A stretch of DNA of 57,017 bases from a virus (IMGVR_UViG_3300044724_004801:1-57017); one strand, 5' to 3'; shown: positions 10,860-20,166, counted from the first letter of the stretch. A program made the numbers and translations. The notes: generated from the sequence alone by a model not told the origin.

Positions 10860-11021
10860 ATGGAAAATTCAATAAACAAACCTCTTGGGCATTCAGATCC
10901 AACTAGTTATAAGAACATTGATAAGACTATTAAATCAACTGTTCCAAATCATGACGGAGAGGTACCAGGCGTTAAAGAAGACGACAAACCTTTCTACGAC
11001 CCTTGGGTAAATAAGGAGTGA
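10860..11021 (+). CDS. 53-aa hypothetical protein (not in ORF track)
   Basis: MENSINKPLG...PWVNKE*; fills the gap. Confidence 0.6.
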   Translation: MENSINKPLGHSDPTSYKNIDKTIKSTVPNHDGEVPGVKEDDKPFYDPWVNKE

Positions 11022-11026
11022 GTTGT

Positions 11027-11101
11027 ATGTATCACAGTGGTAAAAAGAAACCCGTCAAAAAGAAAAAAGTAGCTAAGAAAGGCAAGAAAAAACTTTATTA
11101 G
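11027..11101 (+). CDS. 24-aa Lys-rich micro-protein (not in ORF track)
   Basis: MYHSGKKKPVKKKKVAKKGKKKLY*; AAGGAG SD at 11013-11018. Confidence 0.6.
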   Translation: MYHSGKKKPVKKKKVAKKGKKKLY

Positions 11102-11106
11102 TTATT

Positions 11107-11328
11107 ATGTCTAAAGTAGACCTGTTTAAAGCACAGAAAACTGTGTTGTTTGGGGAAAGGGCTAAACTTTCTATTGACCTAGAAGTACTTACTTCTAACC
11201 CCCAAAGCATTCCAGAACATACAAAATTTCAAGAAGAATTAGACACATTGATTGGAAAATTAGCCGAAGTTAATGATAAAATTGATATTGTTGATTTTTT
11301 AATTCAACAGGAAGAAAAAAATGCCTAG
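11107..11328 (+). CDS. Hypothetical coiled-coil protein
   Basis: ORF in operon. Confidence 0.65.
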   Translation: MSKVDLFKAQKTVLFGERAKLSIDLEVLTSNPQSIPEHTKFQEELDTLIGKLAEVNDKIDIVDFLIQQEEKNA

Positions 11329-11509
11329 AACAAAAAAACCTTTATCAATGAAAGTCCAAAAGAAAGGACTAACTAAACGACAAGAAACTGCTTTAAAGAA
11401 GCACACCAAAGGTACTAGTCAAGAACATAAAAGTTTTATGAAACGTAGACTTCTTATGGGCGATACAATTAGACAAGCTCATAAGATGTACAAAAAGAAA
11501 AATGGCTAG
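11321..11509 (+). CDS. Small basic protein
   Basis: K/R-rich; overlapping starts and stops. Confidence 0.65.
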   Translation: MPRTKKPLSMKVQKKGLTKRQETALKKHTKGTSQEHKSFMKRRLLMGDTIRQAHKMYKKKNG

Positions 11510-11753
11510 AAACTATCGTAACGAATACGATAAGTACCATTCCTCCCCTAAACAGAAAAAACGTAGAGCTGGGCGTAACAAAGCTCGACGTATTATGGAG
11601 CGTTTAGGTAAAGCTAAAAAAGGTGATGGTAAAGACGTAGCACACAAAGACAACAACCCTCTAAACGCCAAACTTAAAAATATACGCATGGAATCGCGTA
11701 AATCCAACCGTTCTTTCCCTAGAACTAAAACATCGAGACGAAAACGTGGCTAA
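11502..11753 (+). CDS. Small basic HNH-like protein
   Basis: RNYRNEY...RAGRNKARR...GDGKDVAHKDNNPLN...NRS. Confidence 0.65.
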   Translation: MARNYRNEYDKYHSSPKQKKRRAGRNKARRIMERLGKAKKGDGKDVAHKDNNPLNAKLKNIRMESRKSNRSFPRTKTSRRKRG

Positions 11754-11826
11754 TTTAATCGTGACTATAATAGTGGCTTTGGCATTATTAGCAGCTGTTT
11801 TTATGGTAGACTTACCTGATGATTAA
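11746..11826 (+). CDS. 26-aa single-TM peptide (not in ORF track)
   Basis: GTG start; (M)ANLIVTIIVALALLAAVFMVDLPDD*; overlaps both neighbours by 8 nt. Confidence 0.45.
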   Translation: MANLIVTIIVALALLAAVFMVDLPDD

Positions 11827-11935
11827 GAAATTTTTTAAAAAAATAGATAGCATTATGAAAAAAAGCTACACCAAGCTTTTTAAAAAGGTTTACAAACCTG
11901 CGCCTAAAAAACGTGGGAGACCAAAGAAAAAATAA
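11819..11935 (+). CDS. 38-aa basic micro-protein with AT-hook motif (not in ORF track)
   Basis: MIKKFFKK...PAPKKRGRPKKK*. Confidence 0.6.
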   Translation: MIKKFFKKIDSIMKKSYTKLFKKVYKPAPKKRGRPKKK

Positions 11936-12108
11936 TGGCTAGAACCACAAAGAAAAAAACTACTAAAAAAGGACCTACTCCTACAAAACCTGCTTTATAT
12001 GCGCGTGTAAAAGCAGAAGCCAAACGTAAGTTTAAAGTCTGGCCTTCAGCATATGCTTCAGGTTGGTTAACTAAAACCTACAAACAAAGGGGTGGGGGCT
12101 ACAGATAG
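11935..12108 (+). CDS. 57-aa basic protein, DUF5872-like N-terminal half (not in ORF track)
   Basis: ALYARVKAEAKRKFKVWPSAYASGWLTKTYKQRGGGY; TAATG coupling. Confidence 0.7.
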   Translation: MARTTKKKTTKKGPTPTKPALYARVKAEAKRKFKVWPSAYASGWLTKTYKQRGGGYR

Positions 12109-12380
12109 TGGCTAAACCAAAAGGTGGACTCACCAAATGGTTTAACGAAGAGTGGGTTGATATAGGTAGAAAAAAGAAAGGTGGTGGATATGCACCTTGT
12201 GGAAGAAAAAAAGCTTCTACTAAACGTAAAGGATATCCAAAGTGTGTGCCTAAAGCAAAAGCTGCGAGTATGACAGCAGCACAAAAAAGAAGTGCTGTAA
12301 AACGTAAACGAGCTAAAGCTCAGGGTGTAGGTGGTAAACCAACAAGAGTAAGAACTTATGTCAGAAAAAAGAAAAAGTAA
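12108..12380 (+). CDS. Basic protein, DUF5872-like C-terminal half
   Basis: GLTKWFNEEWVDI...CGR...YPKCVP; GTG overlaps the upstream TAG. Confidence 0.7.
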   Translation: MAKPKGGLTKWFNEEWVDIGRKKKGGGYAPCGRKKASTKRKGYPKCVPKAKAASMTAAQKRSAVKRKRAKAQGVGGKPTRVRTYVRKKKK

Positions 12381-12660
12381 AAAAGACCCTAGATTAGCAA
12401 GAGCAGGTGTGAGTGGTTTTAATAAACCAAAGCGTACACCTAGTCACCCAAAAAAATCACATATTGTGGTAGCTAAAGAAGGTAGCAAAATTAAAACTAT
12501 TCGATTTGGTGAGCAAGGCGCTAAGACTGCTGGTAAGCCTAAAGCTGGTGAATCAGATAGAATGAAAAAGAAGAGAGCTTCTTTTAAAGCTAGGCATAGA
12601 AAAAACATCTCTAAAGGTAAAATGTCTGCTGCTTATTGGGCTGATAAGGTTAAATGGTAG
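12358..12660 (+). CDS. Basic protein, DUF6321/DUF5754-like
   Basis: KIKTIRFG...RASFKARH...SAAYWADKVKW. Confidence 0.65.
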   Translation: MSEKRKSKKDPRLARAGVSGFNKPKRTPSHPKKSHIVVAKEGSKIKTIRFGEQGAKTAGKPKAGESDRMKKKRASFKARHRKNISKGKMSAAYWADKVKW

Positions 12661-12863
12661 CCAAAAAGAAAAAAGATAAGAAGTGGATTCAAAAAGCCAT
12701 CAAAAAACCTGGGGCTTTTACTGCTCAAGCTAAAAGAAAAAAGATGTCAGTATCTCAATTTGCTGATGAAGTTTTAAAAAAAGGTAGTAAATACTCAGAA
12801 ACTACTAAAAAACGTGCCAGATTAGCAAAAACCCTCAAAAAAATCAGATCTAAGAAAAAATGA
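12654..12863 (+). CDS. Small basic protein (WIQKAIKKPGA family)
   Basis: KKWIQKAIKKPGAF...RARLAKTLKK. Confidence 0.65.
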   Translation: MVAKKKKDKKWIQKAIKKPGAFTAQAKRKKMSVSQFADEVLKKGSKYSETTKKRARLAKTLKKIRSKKK

Positions 12864-12868
12864 CCCTC

Positions 12869-12895
12869 TCAGAACGCGCTGGTTGCGTTTTCTGA
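12869..12895. terminator. Probable terminator hairpin at the convergence of the two transcription arms
   Basis: tcagaacgcg-ctggt-tgcgttttctga imperfect inverted repeat between convergent genes. Confidence 0.45.
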
Positions 12896-12925
12896 AGGTG
12901 GGTAAGGTGTTAGGTATCGGAACTA

Positions 12926-13213
12926 CTAAAATGCAGCCACGGGCTTCTGTGTGCGTCTGACGCGATTTTGCCTTTTTAACTGCCTAATAGGGTAATTTTC
13001 ACCCGCATTTCGTAAATTTATGAGTTTTTTCTCAACTTTTGAGTAAGTTCCCCAATCTTTTACTTCAGTTGCAGTTCTTCCACACCCTTTACATCTGTCA
13101 TCCCCCCATTGAGTTGTTGAACAAACGCCAGTGCAGGGACAATCTGCAAGGCTTGAACAACACCCTAGGGTTTTTGTTAGATGTGTAAAAAAAGTTTCTT
13201 CACTTTTCATCAT
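12926..13213 (-). CDS. DUF1289-like Cys-rich (putative Fe-S/Zn) protein
   Basis: PCTGVCS...CKGCGRT..E..W. Confidence 0.75.
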   Translation of the reverse strand: MMKSEETFFTHLTKTLGCCSSLADCPCTGVCSTTQWGDDRCKGCGRTATEVKDWGTYSKVEKKLINLRNAGENYPIRQLKRQNRVRRTQKPVAAF

Positions 13214-13430
13214 TATCTCCTACAGCATTTATTAGACGCCGTAAGTACCACTCTGCTTTAAGCAAGTCCTGTTTTTTATTTTTGTTTTCATAGCGCCAAA
13301 GGTACTTCATAATGTTTCCCTTACAGTACGCTGCAAATTGTTCGTCAGTCATACTTGCTTGTATTGCGTCGATGCATTCTATACCCCCTTGGTTGTAATG
13401 CATTGGTTTGTTTACTGGGTCAAAGTCCAT
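13200..13430 (-). CDS. DUF3310 / T7 gp1.7-like putative nucleotide kinase
   Basis: DPVNKPMHY..GGIECIDAI...GNIMKYLWRY..K...DLLKAEWYL. Confidence 0.85.
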   Translation of the reverse strand: MDFDPVNKPMHYNQGGIECIDAIQASMTDEQFAAYCKGNIMKYLWRYENKNKKQDLLKAEWYLRRLINAVGDNDEK

Positions 13431-13440
13431 ATTTACTCCT

Positions 13441-13830
13441 TTATTCTAAACATATGTCTATTAATTTGTCTATAAATTGATCAAAACTGCAGGCACACTT
13501 GAGAAACTCATCTAAAGTAAAAAACTCTTTTTGGAAGTCTTGACTTACAACAATATGGCCCGGGGACCCTAGTACGTAATACACGGGCAGATTATAATCA
13601 TACTGTTGCTGAAGCCAGGCACGTTGTTGTAAAGAAAGATCGACGGTTATTTTTGACGAACCACGGGCGGGTAGTTTTTGTTTATATTTGTATTCAATAA
13701 AAGCAAAACCTTTGGGTCCAGAATAGAAAGTGTCAGGCACACCCCCGTGATACGGGTCATTGATTTTCCACTTATAAATTTCTTTAGGAAGCTTTTTGTG
13801 GATTTTGTTGATGAAGTCCTTTTCTTTCAC
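13441..13830 (-). CDS. VRR-NUC-like PD-(D/E)XK nuclease / resolvase
   Basis: GVPD...FIEYK...LSLQQRAW. Confidence 0.75.
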   Translation of the reverse strand: MKEKDFINKIHKKLPKEIYKWKINDPYHGGVPDTFYSGPKGFAFIEYKYKQKLPARGSSKITVDLSLQQRAWLQQQYDYNLPVYYVLGSPGHIVVSQDFQKEFFTLDEFLKCACSFDQFIDKLIDICLE

Positions 13831-13984
13831 GCTCTTTATGTAGCAGCATTAAATCATACCACCTATAGAATGTTTTGTTTACGTGATCCCAATACCATCC
13901 AGGGTTGTTATCACACTTACATCTATACTTGGGTTTCTCGCAAATTTCGCAAGGTTGTTCAAGATACATATAAAGAGTATACAC
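13784..13984 (-). CDS. Small Cys-containing hypothetical protein (start uncertain)
   Basis: CxxC..CxC; fills the gap. Confidence 0.45.
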   Translation of the reverse strand: MYTLYMYLEQPCEICEKPKYRCKCDNNPGWYWDHVNKTFYRWYDLMLLHKERERKGLHQQNPQKAS

Positions 13985-14011
13985 GATGCGACAGTATATG
14001 TCGCACCGTGT
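13981..14011 (-). terminator. 13-bp stem-loop after the putative SSB gene (terminator or processing site)
   Basis: acacggtgcgaca-tatac-tgtcgcatcgtgt on the - strand, one G-U pair. Confidence 0.5.
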
Positions 14012-14022
14012 AAGTAAGATAA

Positions 14023-14685
14023 TTACTTAGAAACGCTATCAAAAACTTTTTTAGCGTTTTCGTAATCTTCTTCGGTAGTCCAGCCTACGTTCTCAACTGC
14101 AATGTTGTAGAACTTTTGACCAGCTCTGTTTTGAGTTTGTGAAGAAGACATTTTCCATAGAGATGAAAAACGGTCTCCACCAAGACGAGCAATTTGAGTA
14201 TTCCATTCTCTTGACACTCTCAACTTAGAAGATGAGCAATCAAAGATAAATGGAGTATCCAATTTACCAGTTTCTGCGTCTTTTTTAATTAAAAGATGCG
14301 ATTGGGTTTGAGTGATGTCATAGTCATCAGGATTCAAACCTTGTGCTGTGAGGGTATCAATAGCATCTTTTTCAGTAGCAAAACTACCTGCTAAGCCGCC
14401 ACCTTTCTCACGTTTTTTCCAGGCTACGAATTCTTCGGTAAACTTAACGTTGATAACGTAAATATCTTTACCGTAGTTTTCTCTGGTTATAGTGTTAATA
14501 AAATCACCTGGCTTAGATCCGTTAATGTATTCACTGTGGTTTTCATCAACTTCATTGCTAAGCTGTTGAAGTTGTTTAACCCTTGGTGTTTGCAGATGCT
14601 CTGCAGATACATTTTCGTTACCTAACCCTGCACCCGCTTGTACGTGTGCTGGGACTTTATCACTTACTAGTGCAATATCACTCAT
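14023..14685 (-). CDS. Putative single-stranded DNA-binding/annealing protein
   Basis: Position in replication module, strong SD; function inferred. Confidence 0.45.
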   Translation of the reverse strand: MSDIALVSDKVPAHVQAGAGLGNENVSAEHLQTPRVKQLQQLSNEVDENHSEYINGSKPGDFINTITRENYGKDIYVINVKFTEEFVAWKKREKGGGLAGSFATEKDAIDTLTAQGLNPDDYDITQTQSHLLIKKDAETGKLDTPFIFDCSSSKLRVSREWNTQIARLGGDRFSSLWKMSSSQTQNRAGQKFYNIAVENVGWTTEEDYENAKKVFDSVSK

Positions 14686-14720
14686 AGAACGTTCTCCTTT
14701 TTTCGTCGATATTGTTAATA

Positions 14721-15086
14721 TTACTTTGACCTGAAATTAATTCTGGTCAACTCCGTTGATGTTACGCCTGGAACGGCCTGTCCCATTTGTAACAACTCCC
14801 TATAAGCAGTAGCTGACATACGTTTTTGCAGCAGCTCAAATTGTTGTGTATCCAATATGTGCCGATGCAATGCATCCCAGTCTTCTACAGTAGGAACTAT
14901 TTCCTGTTTAATGGAAACAGTACACTGGTCGTTACCAACTCGATCAATTCCTTGTTCTTTAAGGCTGGTAGCGATTTGTGTTTCTAGCATATCTTTAGTA
15001 CGCTTTAATTCTTTTTCTTGATCTAACAATGTCACCAGCTGCTGGCGAACGTTTGTTAACTCATTTAACATATCATCAATAGTCAA
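14721..15086 (-). CDS. Hypothetical coiled-coil protein of the replication module
   Basis: ORF; VEDWDAL..LLQKR segment. Confidence 0.65.
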   Translation of the reverse strand: MTIDDMLNELTNVRQQLVTLLDQEKELKRTKDMLETQIATSLKEQGIDRVGNDQCTVSIKQEIVPTVEDWDALHRHILDTQQFELLQKRMSATAYRELLQMGQAVPGVTSTELTRINFRSK

Positions 15087-15337
15087 TGTATGGTCTCCTT
15101 ATCATTTGATGGAATTTCAAGGTAGATTCCATCTGTTATACCTAATGCTTCCTTGCAAGCATCGTTTAATAAAGCTTTTAAATCTTTGTCTTGATATTTT
15201 TCTGGGTTAGTACCTAGTTGATGTTCAACACACATCATAACTAAAGCTAGTGCTACAATTTTAGGAGGGCGTCTTAACAACCCATCAAGTGTGTCATCCA
15301 TAGTTTCATCAAGTAATTCAAATAAGCGACTATCCAT
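15083..15337 (-). CDS. Hypothetical protein
   Basis: Coupled ORF. Confidence 0.6.
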   Translation of the reverse strand: MDSRLFELLDETMDDTLDGLLRRPPKIVALALVMMCVEHQLGTNPEKYQDKDLKALLNDACKEALGITDGIYLEIPSNDKETIH

Positions 15338-16679
15338 TATTTAGCTCCGTGAGAATGTGAAGTAGGTTTTCCATCTTGCCTAACTTTCCATCTAGTTTTT
15401 TGTATACTTCTTCTTCCCACGTATTTCTAGCAGCAATAAGAATTGTTTCAGTTTTTTGTGTTTGACTGGCGCGATGTATACGCCGATTAAATTGTTGAAA
15501 GTGCTCAGCATTGTAAGTGGGTGAACACCATATAGCTGTGGTAGCTTTTGTTAACGTAAGACCGTGGCCCGCAGATTGTGGATGACAAAATAGTACACGT
15601 ATTTGCCCAGCCTGGAATCTTTGTACAATGTCTTTACGTTTTTCGGCAGGTACGCTGCCGTCAATAACTTCGTAAGATATTTTTTGTTTAGTTGCTAACT
15701 CAATTAATGCATCTCGTTCATGCCTCCAATTGAATGCAACAATAGAATGTTTACGTTCGGATACAAGATCTATAACGATATCGTAGCGTTCTTGATGGAG
15801 ATACTGAACTAATCCATCTTCGTCATACACTCCGCCTGAGATGATTTGTAGTAACTTTTTAACTCGGGCTCCTGCGTGTACAGCATTGATGGTACCCATT
15901 TTAGTATACAAAACTGAATCTTTACTGAAGTCGTTGTACATACGTTGGACTTCAGGACTTAGATTAGTTCGTACAGTTCTTACAATGTTTTCAGGAAGAT
16001 CAATACAGTCTTCTAGTTTGTAGCGAATAGTTATATCACTAAGTCGGGCCGCAACAGCTTGTTCAATACCTGGCTTGTCAACCCACTCGTTAGCAAAGCC
16101 ATTGAACTTAGGAGTGCAAACTTGGTTGCGATAAGAGTAAAAGCGTTGCCCGAGATGATCACCGTCATCTACGAGCAACACTGGGTGCCAAAGGTCTAGA
16201 ATAGAATTACTATTAGGAGTACCAGACATGGCAATCCTATAAGTAAACAATGAGATAAAATTTCTGAGATTTTTAGATCGTTGCGAATCTTTGTTTTTAA
16301 AAGCGGTGAATTCGTCAATAACGATTGTAGTGAATCCCTTAAGTAGGTGTGAATTTTTATGTAAGAAATTGACAGCTTCGAAGTTAGTAATAACCATTTC
16401 GTGCGAAGTGTCGGTAAATATCTTTTTACGGTTTTTAGCATATGCTACTCCAAATTTTATATTAGGTTGAAACTTTTTAATGTCATCAACCCACGCTGCT
16501 TCAAGTATAGATAAGGGCGCAAGTACAAGAGTTTTACCTGGAAGGTTTGTAATAGCGTCAAGTACTGCTCTGGTTTTACCAGTGCCAGGATCTGATGTAA
16601 TAAGACAGCGGGGGTGAGATAGAATAAAGTCAGTGGTTTTTGATTGGTGCGCATAAGGCGCAAGTGTATTGTTCATCAT
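15330..16679 (-). CDS. SNF2-like SF2 helicase
   Basis: DPGTGKT, IVIDE, MSGTP, SAGHGLTL, Q..RRIHR. Confidence 0.92.
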   Translation of the reverse strand: MMNNTLAPYAHQSKTTDFILSHPRCLITSDPGTGKTRAVLDAITNLPGKTLVLAPLSILEAAWVDDIKKFQPNIKFGVAYAKNRKKIFTDTSHEMVITNFEAVNFLHKNSHLLKGFTTIVIDEFTAFKNKDSQRSKNLRNFISLFTYRIAMSGTPNSNSILDLWHPVLLVDDGDHLGQRFYSYRNQVCTPKFNGFANEWVDKPGIEQAVAARLSDITIRYKLEDCIDLPENIVRTVRTNLSPEVQRMYNDFSKDSVLYTKMGTINAVHAGARVKKLLQIISGGVYDEDGLVQYLHQERYDIVIDLVSERKHSIVAFNWRHERDALIELATKQKISYEVIDGSVPAEKRKDIVQRFQAGQIRVLFCHPQSAGHGLTLTKATTAIWCSPTYNAEHFQQFNRRIHRASQTQKTETILIAARNTWEEEVYKKLDGKLGKMENLLHILTELNNG

Positions 16680-16721
16680 TCGTTTTCCGTTGTTAATGTT
16701 TCGTCGTAAATAGTTATTATA

Positions 16722-17477
16722 CTATTTAAGACCCCATTCGCAAATAGGATATTCACCGTTTTTAAATGAACACCATCTGCAATTGTCTTTGGAAGGATTA
16801 GGTGGAAACTTTGTAGCAGTTGTCATATCAAAAGCTCGCTGCTGTAGGTTTGGCATAAACGCTAAAGCTTGATCTCTTGTATATACTTGCTCGCTAGTTT
16901 CACCGTGGTCTAAATACCAAAGTTCTGTTTTTGCAATTTCTAAATCTGGATATCTCATAAAACTTCCAATTGCATAAGTTAGAGCTTGCTGTGAATGGCT
17001 TATCTCATTACCAAAGCGTTTGCCTGTTTTATAGTCAATAACTCGCGCTGAGGTTTCTGATTCATGTACCATTGCATCTAGTTTTACTCTGCCCCAAACA
17101 TTAGGAGCCATCCAACCGCAGGGTTCCCACTCAATAGTGAAACCCCATTCGCCTTCTAGTTCTACTTTTGCATCTATGAAAAGTTCACGAAGTTCTTCAA
17201 ATTGTGATTGGAATTTTTTTAGTGTGTCTGGCATTTCACCAAGTTCGCCGTTTACATAAAGCTCGGCTTGTTCGTGTATGTCAGTACCACGTTGCGCGGC
17301 TGGTCCAAAATCTTCTTGTACTTTTTTAACTTTAGAGATGTAAGAACGGTATGCGCAGGTTTCGTAAGTTTTTAAAGCGGAATGCGACCAGGTAGGTATT
17401 AAACCCAACTCCTTTGGTGTGTCCATCTCTATTACATTGATTAGATCTGGACGCTTGTTTTGTACAAGCTTAGTCAT
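16722..17477 (-). CDS. PD-(D/E)XK Cas4/RecB-like exonuclease
   Basis: WSHS...C, GTDIH, KLDA, VIDYKTG, Q..TY, CRWC..C. Confidence 0.85.
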   Translation of the reverse strand: MTKLVQNKRPDLINVIEMDTPKELGLIPTWSHSALKTYETCAYRSYISKVKKVQEDFGPAAQRGTDIHEQAELYVNGELGEMPDTLKKFQSQFEELRELFIDAKVELEGEWGFTIEWEPCGWMAPNVWGRVKLDAMVHESETSARVIDYKTGKRFGNEISHSQQALTYAIGSFMRYPDLEIAKTELWYLDHGETSEQVYTRDQALAFMPNLQQRAFDMTTATKFPPNPSKDNCRWCSFKNGEYPICEWGLK

Positions 17478-17494
17478 TTTTTAGTTATGCTTTC

Positions 17495-19966
17495 CTAGCT
17501 TTTTTGTTTTAAAAGTATGTTGTCTTTACCTTCAAAATGTTCTTTTATTAAAGATTCTCGAATATTATTATCTAATTTCCACACTAATACAACCCCTCTT
17601 GGAATTGTAGCGTGTTTATCAGCAGTAACTCTTTTTCGTTCTGTTTTAACATTTAATCGTGACATAGCTTTAGTAAAGTCACGAGTAGATAACTTATTTC
17701 TGCTGTCGGTAAGTACATCGTAAATTAATTTAAGTTGACTCATAGGTATTACAACAGTTTGTTTTTTACCTGAACTTGCAACCCATTGCTTTATGTAACG
17801 TTGTGCTGTACTTATACCACCAGCATCAAATGTATTTGTTAGTGGTATATCTAATATTTCAGTAAAATATTCAAGATTGCGTTGACGTACTGCTGCTGCA
17901 AATTCTTCAAGTACAGACATAGATATATTTTTCATTTCTAATTTAGCTTCATTTTCTAAAGCAGTGTGTGCCATACGTTCATCAACTTTAAATTTATTTA
18001 ACACACCAGCAAATATAAAAAGTTCTTTGTGTATAGCATTTATATTTTCAATAAATTTTGGGTGGGCTATTTCAAGTTTTGCATCTTGTCTAGGCCCAAC
18101 ATTGTAACGTCGATCACCTTCTTCTATTTTTACCGCATCTGCTCGGTTGGTTAAAAATAAAAAGTTAGTAAAAGAAGGTAGTTCTATTTGATTAGTACGC
18201 ATTGCACGTATAGTTAAATTAGGTTCTGTAATTTGATGTTTAAGTTTGTCAGCCATTTTACCAATGCTACCTGCATCACCCATACGAAATTCATCAACTA
18301 CTAAAAATAAAGCTGTACGCATGTATAAATTAAATTGTTCTTCTATATTTTCTAAAGAACGCATAGGGACTTGTGCTTCTCCAAAAAGAGGTTTAAGAAC
18401 TTTATGGATTAATAAACCTTTACCAGTGCCTGGAACGCCTGTAAATATCCATGCTGTCATTGTTTTGCGTTTGTTTTGATAAATGTATGCAAGCCAATTA
18501 ACAAAATGTTCTAACTCAGTTTTACCATTACCAAGAACATGGGACAACAAAGTGTATATAAGAGGAGTTAGAGTTTTTGTTTTCTCTGCTGTCCCATATT
18601 CTAGTTCAGGTACATGTTCTTCTTGTTGTAACATGTATGGAGTTTTTCTAAAAAGGTTTACGTAGTAGGGGGTTTCATCCAACTGAATACCTTTATCAGA
18701 GCTTGGATCAAAAATAACCCTAGCATCTGGAATAAAATCCAAGGCAGGGCGATTGTGAGACCTAAGAAAGTCATCAATAGATTGTTTATTGGTTGGCGTA
18801 AGCGGATAGTCTTCTGTAAATTGTTGGATTGTTTCATCAAATACTCCGTTATAGTAAGTGTCAGTATAAAAATCTCTAAGAGCTAAAGGTTTTAATTTTT
18901 GGTCTTTATCAATTTTATCTGCAAAAGTTTCAAATATAACTTTATAAAAATCTGGATCGGCTTTTTGTATTTCCCAAATAGGTTCGCCTTTAAAGTTATA
19001 CATATAATGGGGGTTAGTTAATACAAAATAATAACCTCCACTGTCGCCTCCATTAATATTACAGTTGACATAAGGTTCAGCTACTCGGCTTATCTCAATG
19101 GTCATTTTGTCTGGGTTTTGTAATACTTCGTGAGGTTCACCAGCTACATTTACTGTTGTAGTTTTAGTTGGTTTTTTAGGAAGATTTAATTTTTTTCTTA
19201 AATTATCTTTTATTTGAATTCCTAAATTATGTACGCGTTCAGGATTTACTGTAATAAGTAAAGTAGAAAGATCTAAGGTTTCTGAATTACGTTTAGCGTG
19301 TACAAATCTAGGCCCAGGAATTGGGTTGTGTACATCTTTAGTAAAAGTAGGTGGAGCAAGGTAAATAATTTTAGAGTTGTCAGCGACTCCTGGATCAAGT
19401 CTGTAAGATAAACTTTGACCGTTTGCAGACAGAGTTAATTCGGCTGCAAGTTTGTCTGTTTCATAATTTAATAATTTAAGTAATTCTTTTAATACTTTTG
19501 GATGATTAGCGTGCTCAAGTATAAAAAAGATATGCATAGATATTTTGTCTTTTTTAAAACCTAATGAAGCACTGGCTTGTGCAATATAACTTACATTATG
19601 AAACTCATCAGGTAGTTGTTGAATAAGTTGCTCAGCTAATAGTTCTAAGTCTTGGTTAGTAAGTTCAGATTTTTTTGGAATGGTTGCTTGAACATCATCA
19701 AAATCTAATACTAACAATTCAGTGGTTGCAACACGATCTGTCATTAAAGCTCTTGGTTCATGTTTAAGTGGACGTTTTAATAGCCCTTTATGTAAACACA
19801 TACCAGCGTCGGCTGCTTTTGTAAGTTCAGTAAATAATTTAGTTGTGTCCTTAGATATGTCTTTGTGGACGGAAGTAAAGTTTTTTATTAGGGGGTAAGG
19901 TGTGACACCTTCTTCAGTAAAATGTTTTGCTAGGCGCTGCTTAGCTTTTAAAAATACTAGTTCCAT
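17495..19966 (-). CDS. Primase-helicase (AEP-like N-terminus + SF3/DUF5906 helicase)
   Basis: LVLDFD, SMHIFF, LD; GVPGTGKG Walker A, VVDE, LTN, DRRY. Confidence 0.85.
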   Translation of the reverse strand: MELVFLKAKQRLAKHFTEEGVTPYPLIKNFTSVHKDISKDTTKLFTELTKAADAGMCLHKGLLKRPLKHEPRALMTDRVATTELLVLDFDDVQATIPKKSELTNQDLELLAEQLIQQLPDEFHNVSYIAQASASLGFKKDKISMHIFFILEHANHPKVLKELLKLLNYETDKLAAELTLSANGQSLSYRLDPGVADNSKIIYLAPPTFTKDVHNPIPGPRFVHAKRNSETLDLSTLLITVNPERVHNLGIQIKDNLRKKLNLPKKPTKTTTVNVAGEPHEVLQNPDKMTIEISRVAEPYVNCNINGGDSGGYYFVLTNPHYMYNFKGEPIWEIQKADPDFYKVIFETFADKIDKDQKLKPLALRDFYTDTYYNGVFDETIQQFTEDYPLTPTNKQSIDDFLRSHNRPALDFIPDARVIFDPSSDKGIQLDETPYYVNLFRKTPYMLQQEEHVPELEYGTAEKTKTLTPLIYTLLSHVLGNGKTELEHFVNWLAYIYQNKRKTMTAWIFTGVPGTGKGLLIHKVLKPLFGEAQVPMRSLENIEEQFNLYMRTALFLVVDEFRMGDAGSIGKMADKLKHQITEPNLTIRAMRTNQIELPSFTNFLFLTNRADAVKIEEGDRRYNVGPRQDAKLEIAHPKFIENINAIHKELFIFAGVLNKFKVDERMAHTALENEAKLEMKNISMSVLEEFAAAVRQRNLEYFTEILDIPLTNTFDAGGISTAQRYIKQWVASSGKKQTVVIPMSQLKLIYDVLTDSRNKLSTRDFTKAMSRLNVKTERKRVTADKHATIPRGVVLVWKLDNNIRESLIKEHFEGKDNILLKQKS

Positions 19967-19980
19967 ATCTAACTCCTATG

Positions 19981-20166
19981 TTATGGATTTTCTTTTTTTG
20001 AATTATATATTTCCTCTCTGTCAATATGTATATCTGGGTTTGCTTCAAAAGCTAGTTTACTTTGTTTAGGTCCTAATGCAGTAACGGTAACTTTACAAAG
20101 AAATTCATTATCTTTGTAAATTACAACTGCGTCCCCTTTTCTTCTTGTTAAAACTAGATTGCTCAT
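19981..20166 (-). CDS. csrA: Carbon storage regulator CsrA/RsmA homolog
   Basis: LVLTRRKGDAVVI...VTVT...KLAFEANPDIHIDREEIY aligns with the CsrA consensus LILTRRVGE...VRIGVNAPKEVSVHREEIY. Confidence 0.88.
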   Translation of the reverse strand: MSNLVLTRRKGDAVVIYKDNEFLCKVTVTALGPKQSKLAFEANPDIHIDREEIYNSKKENP

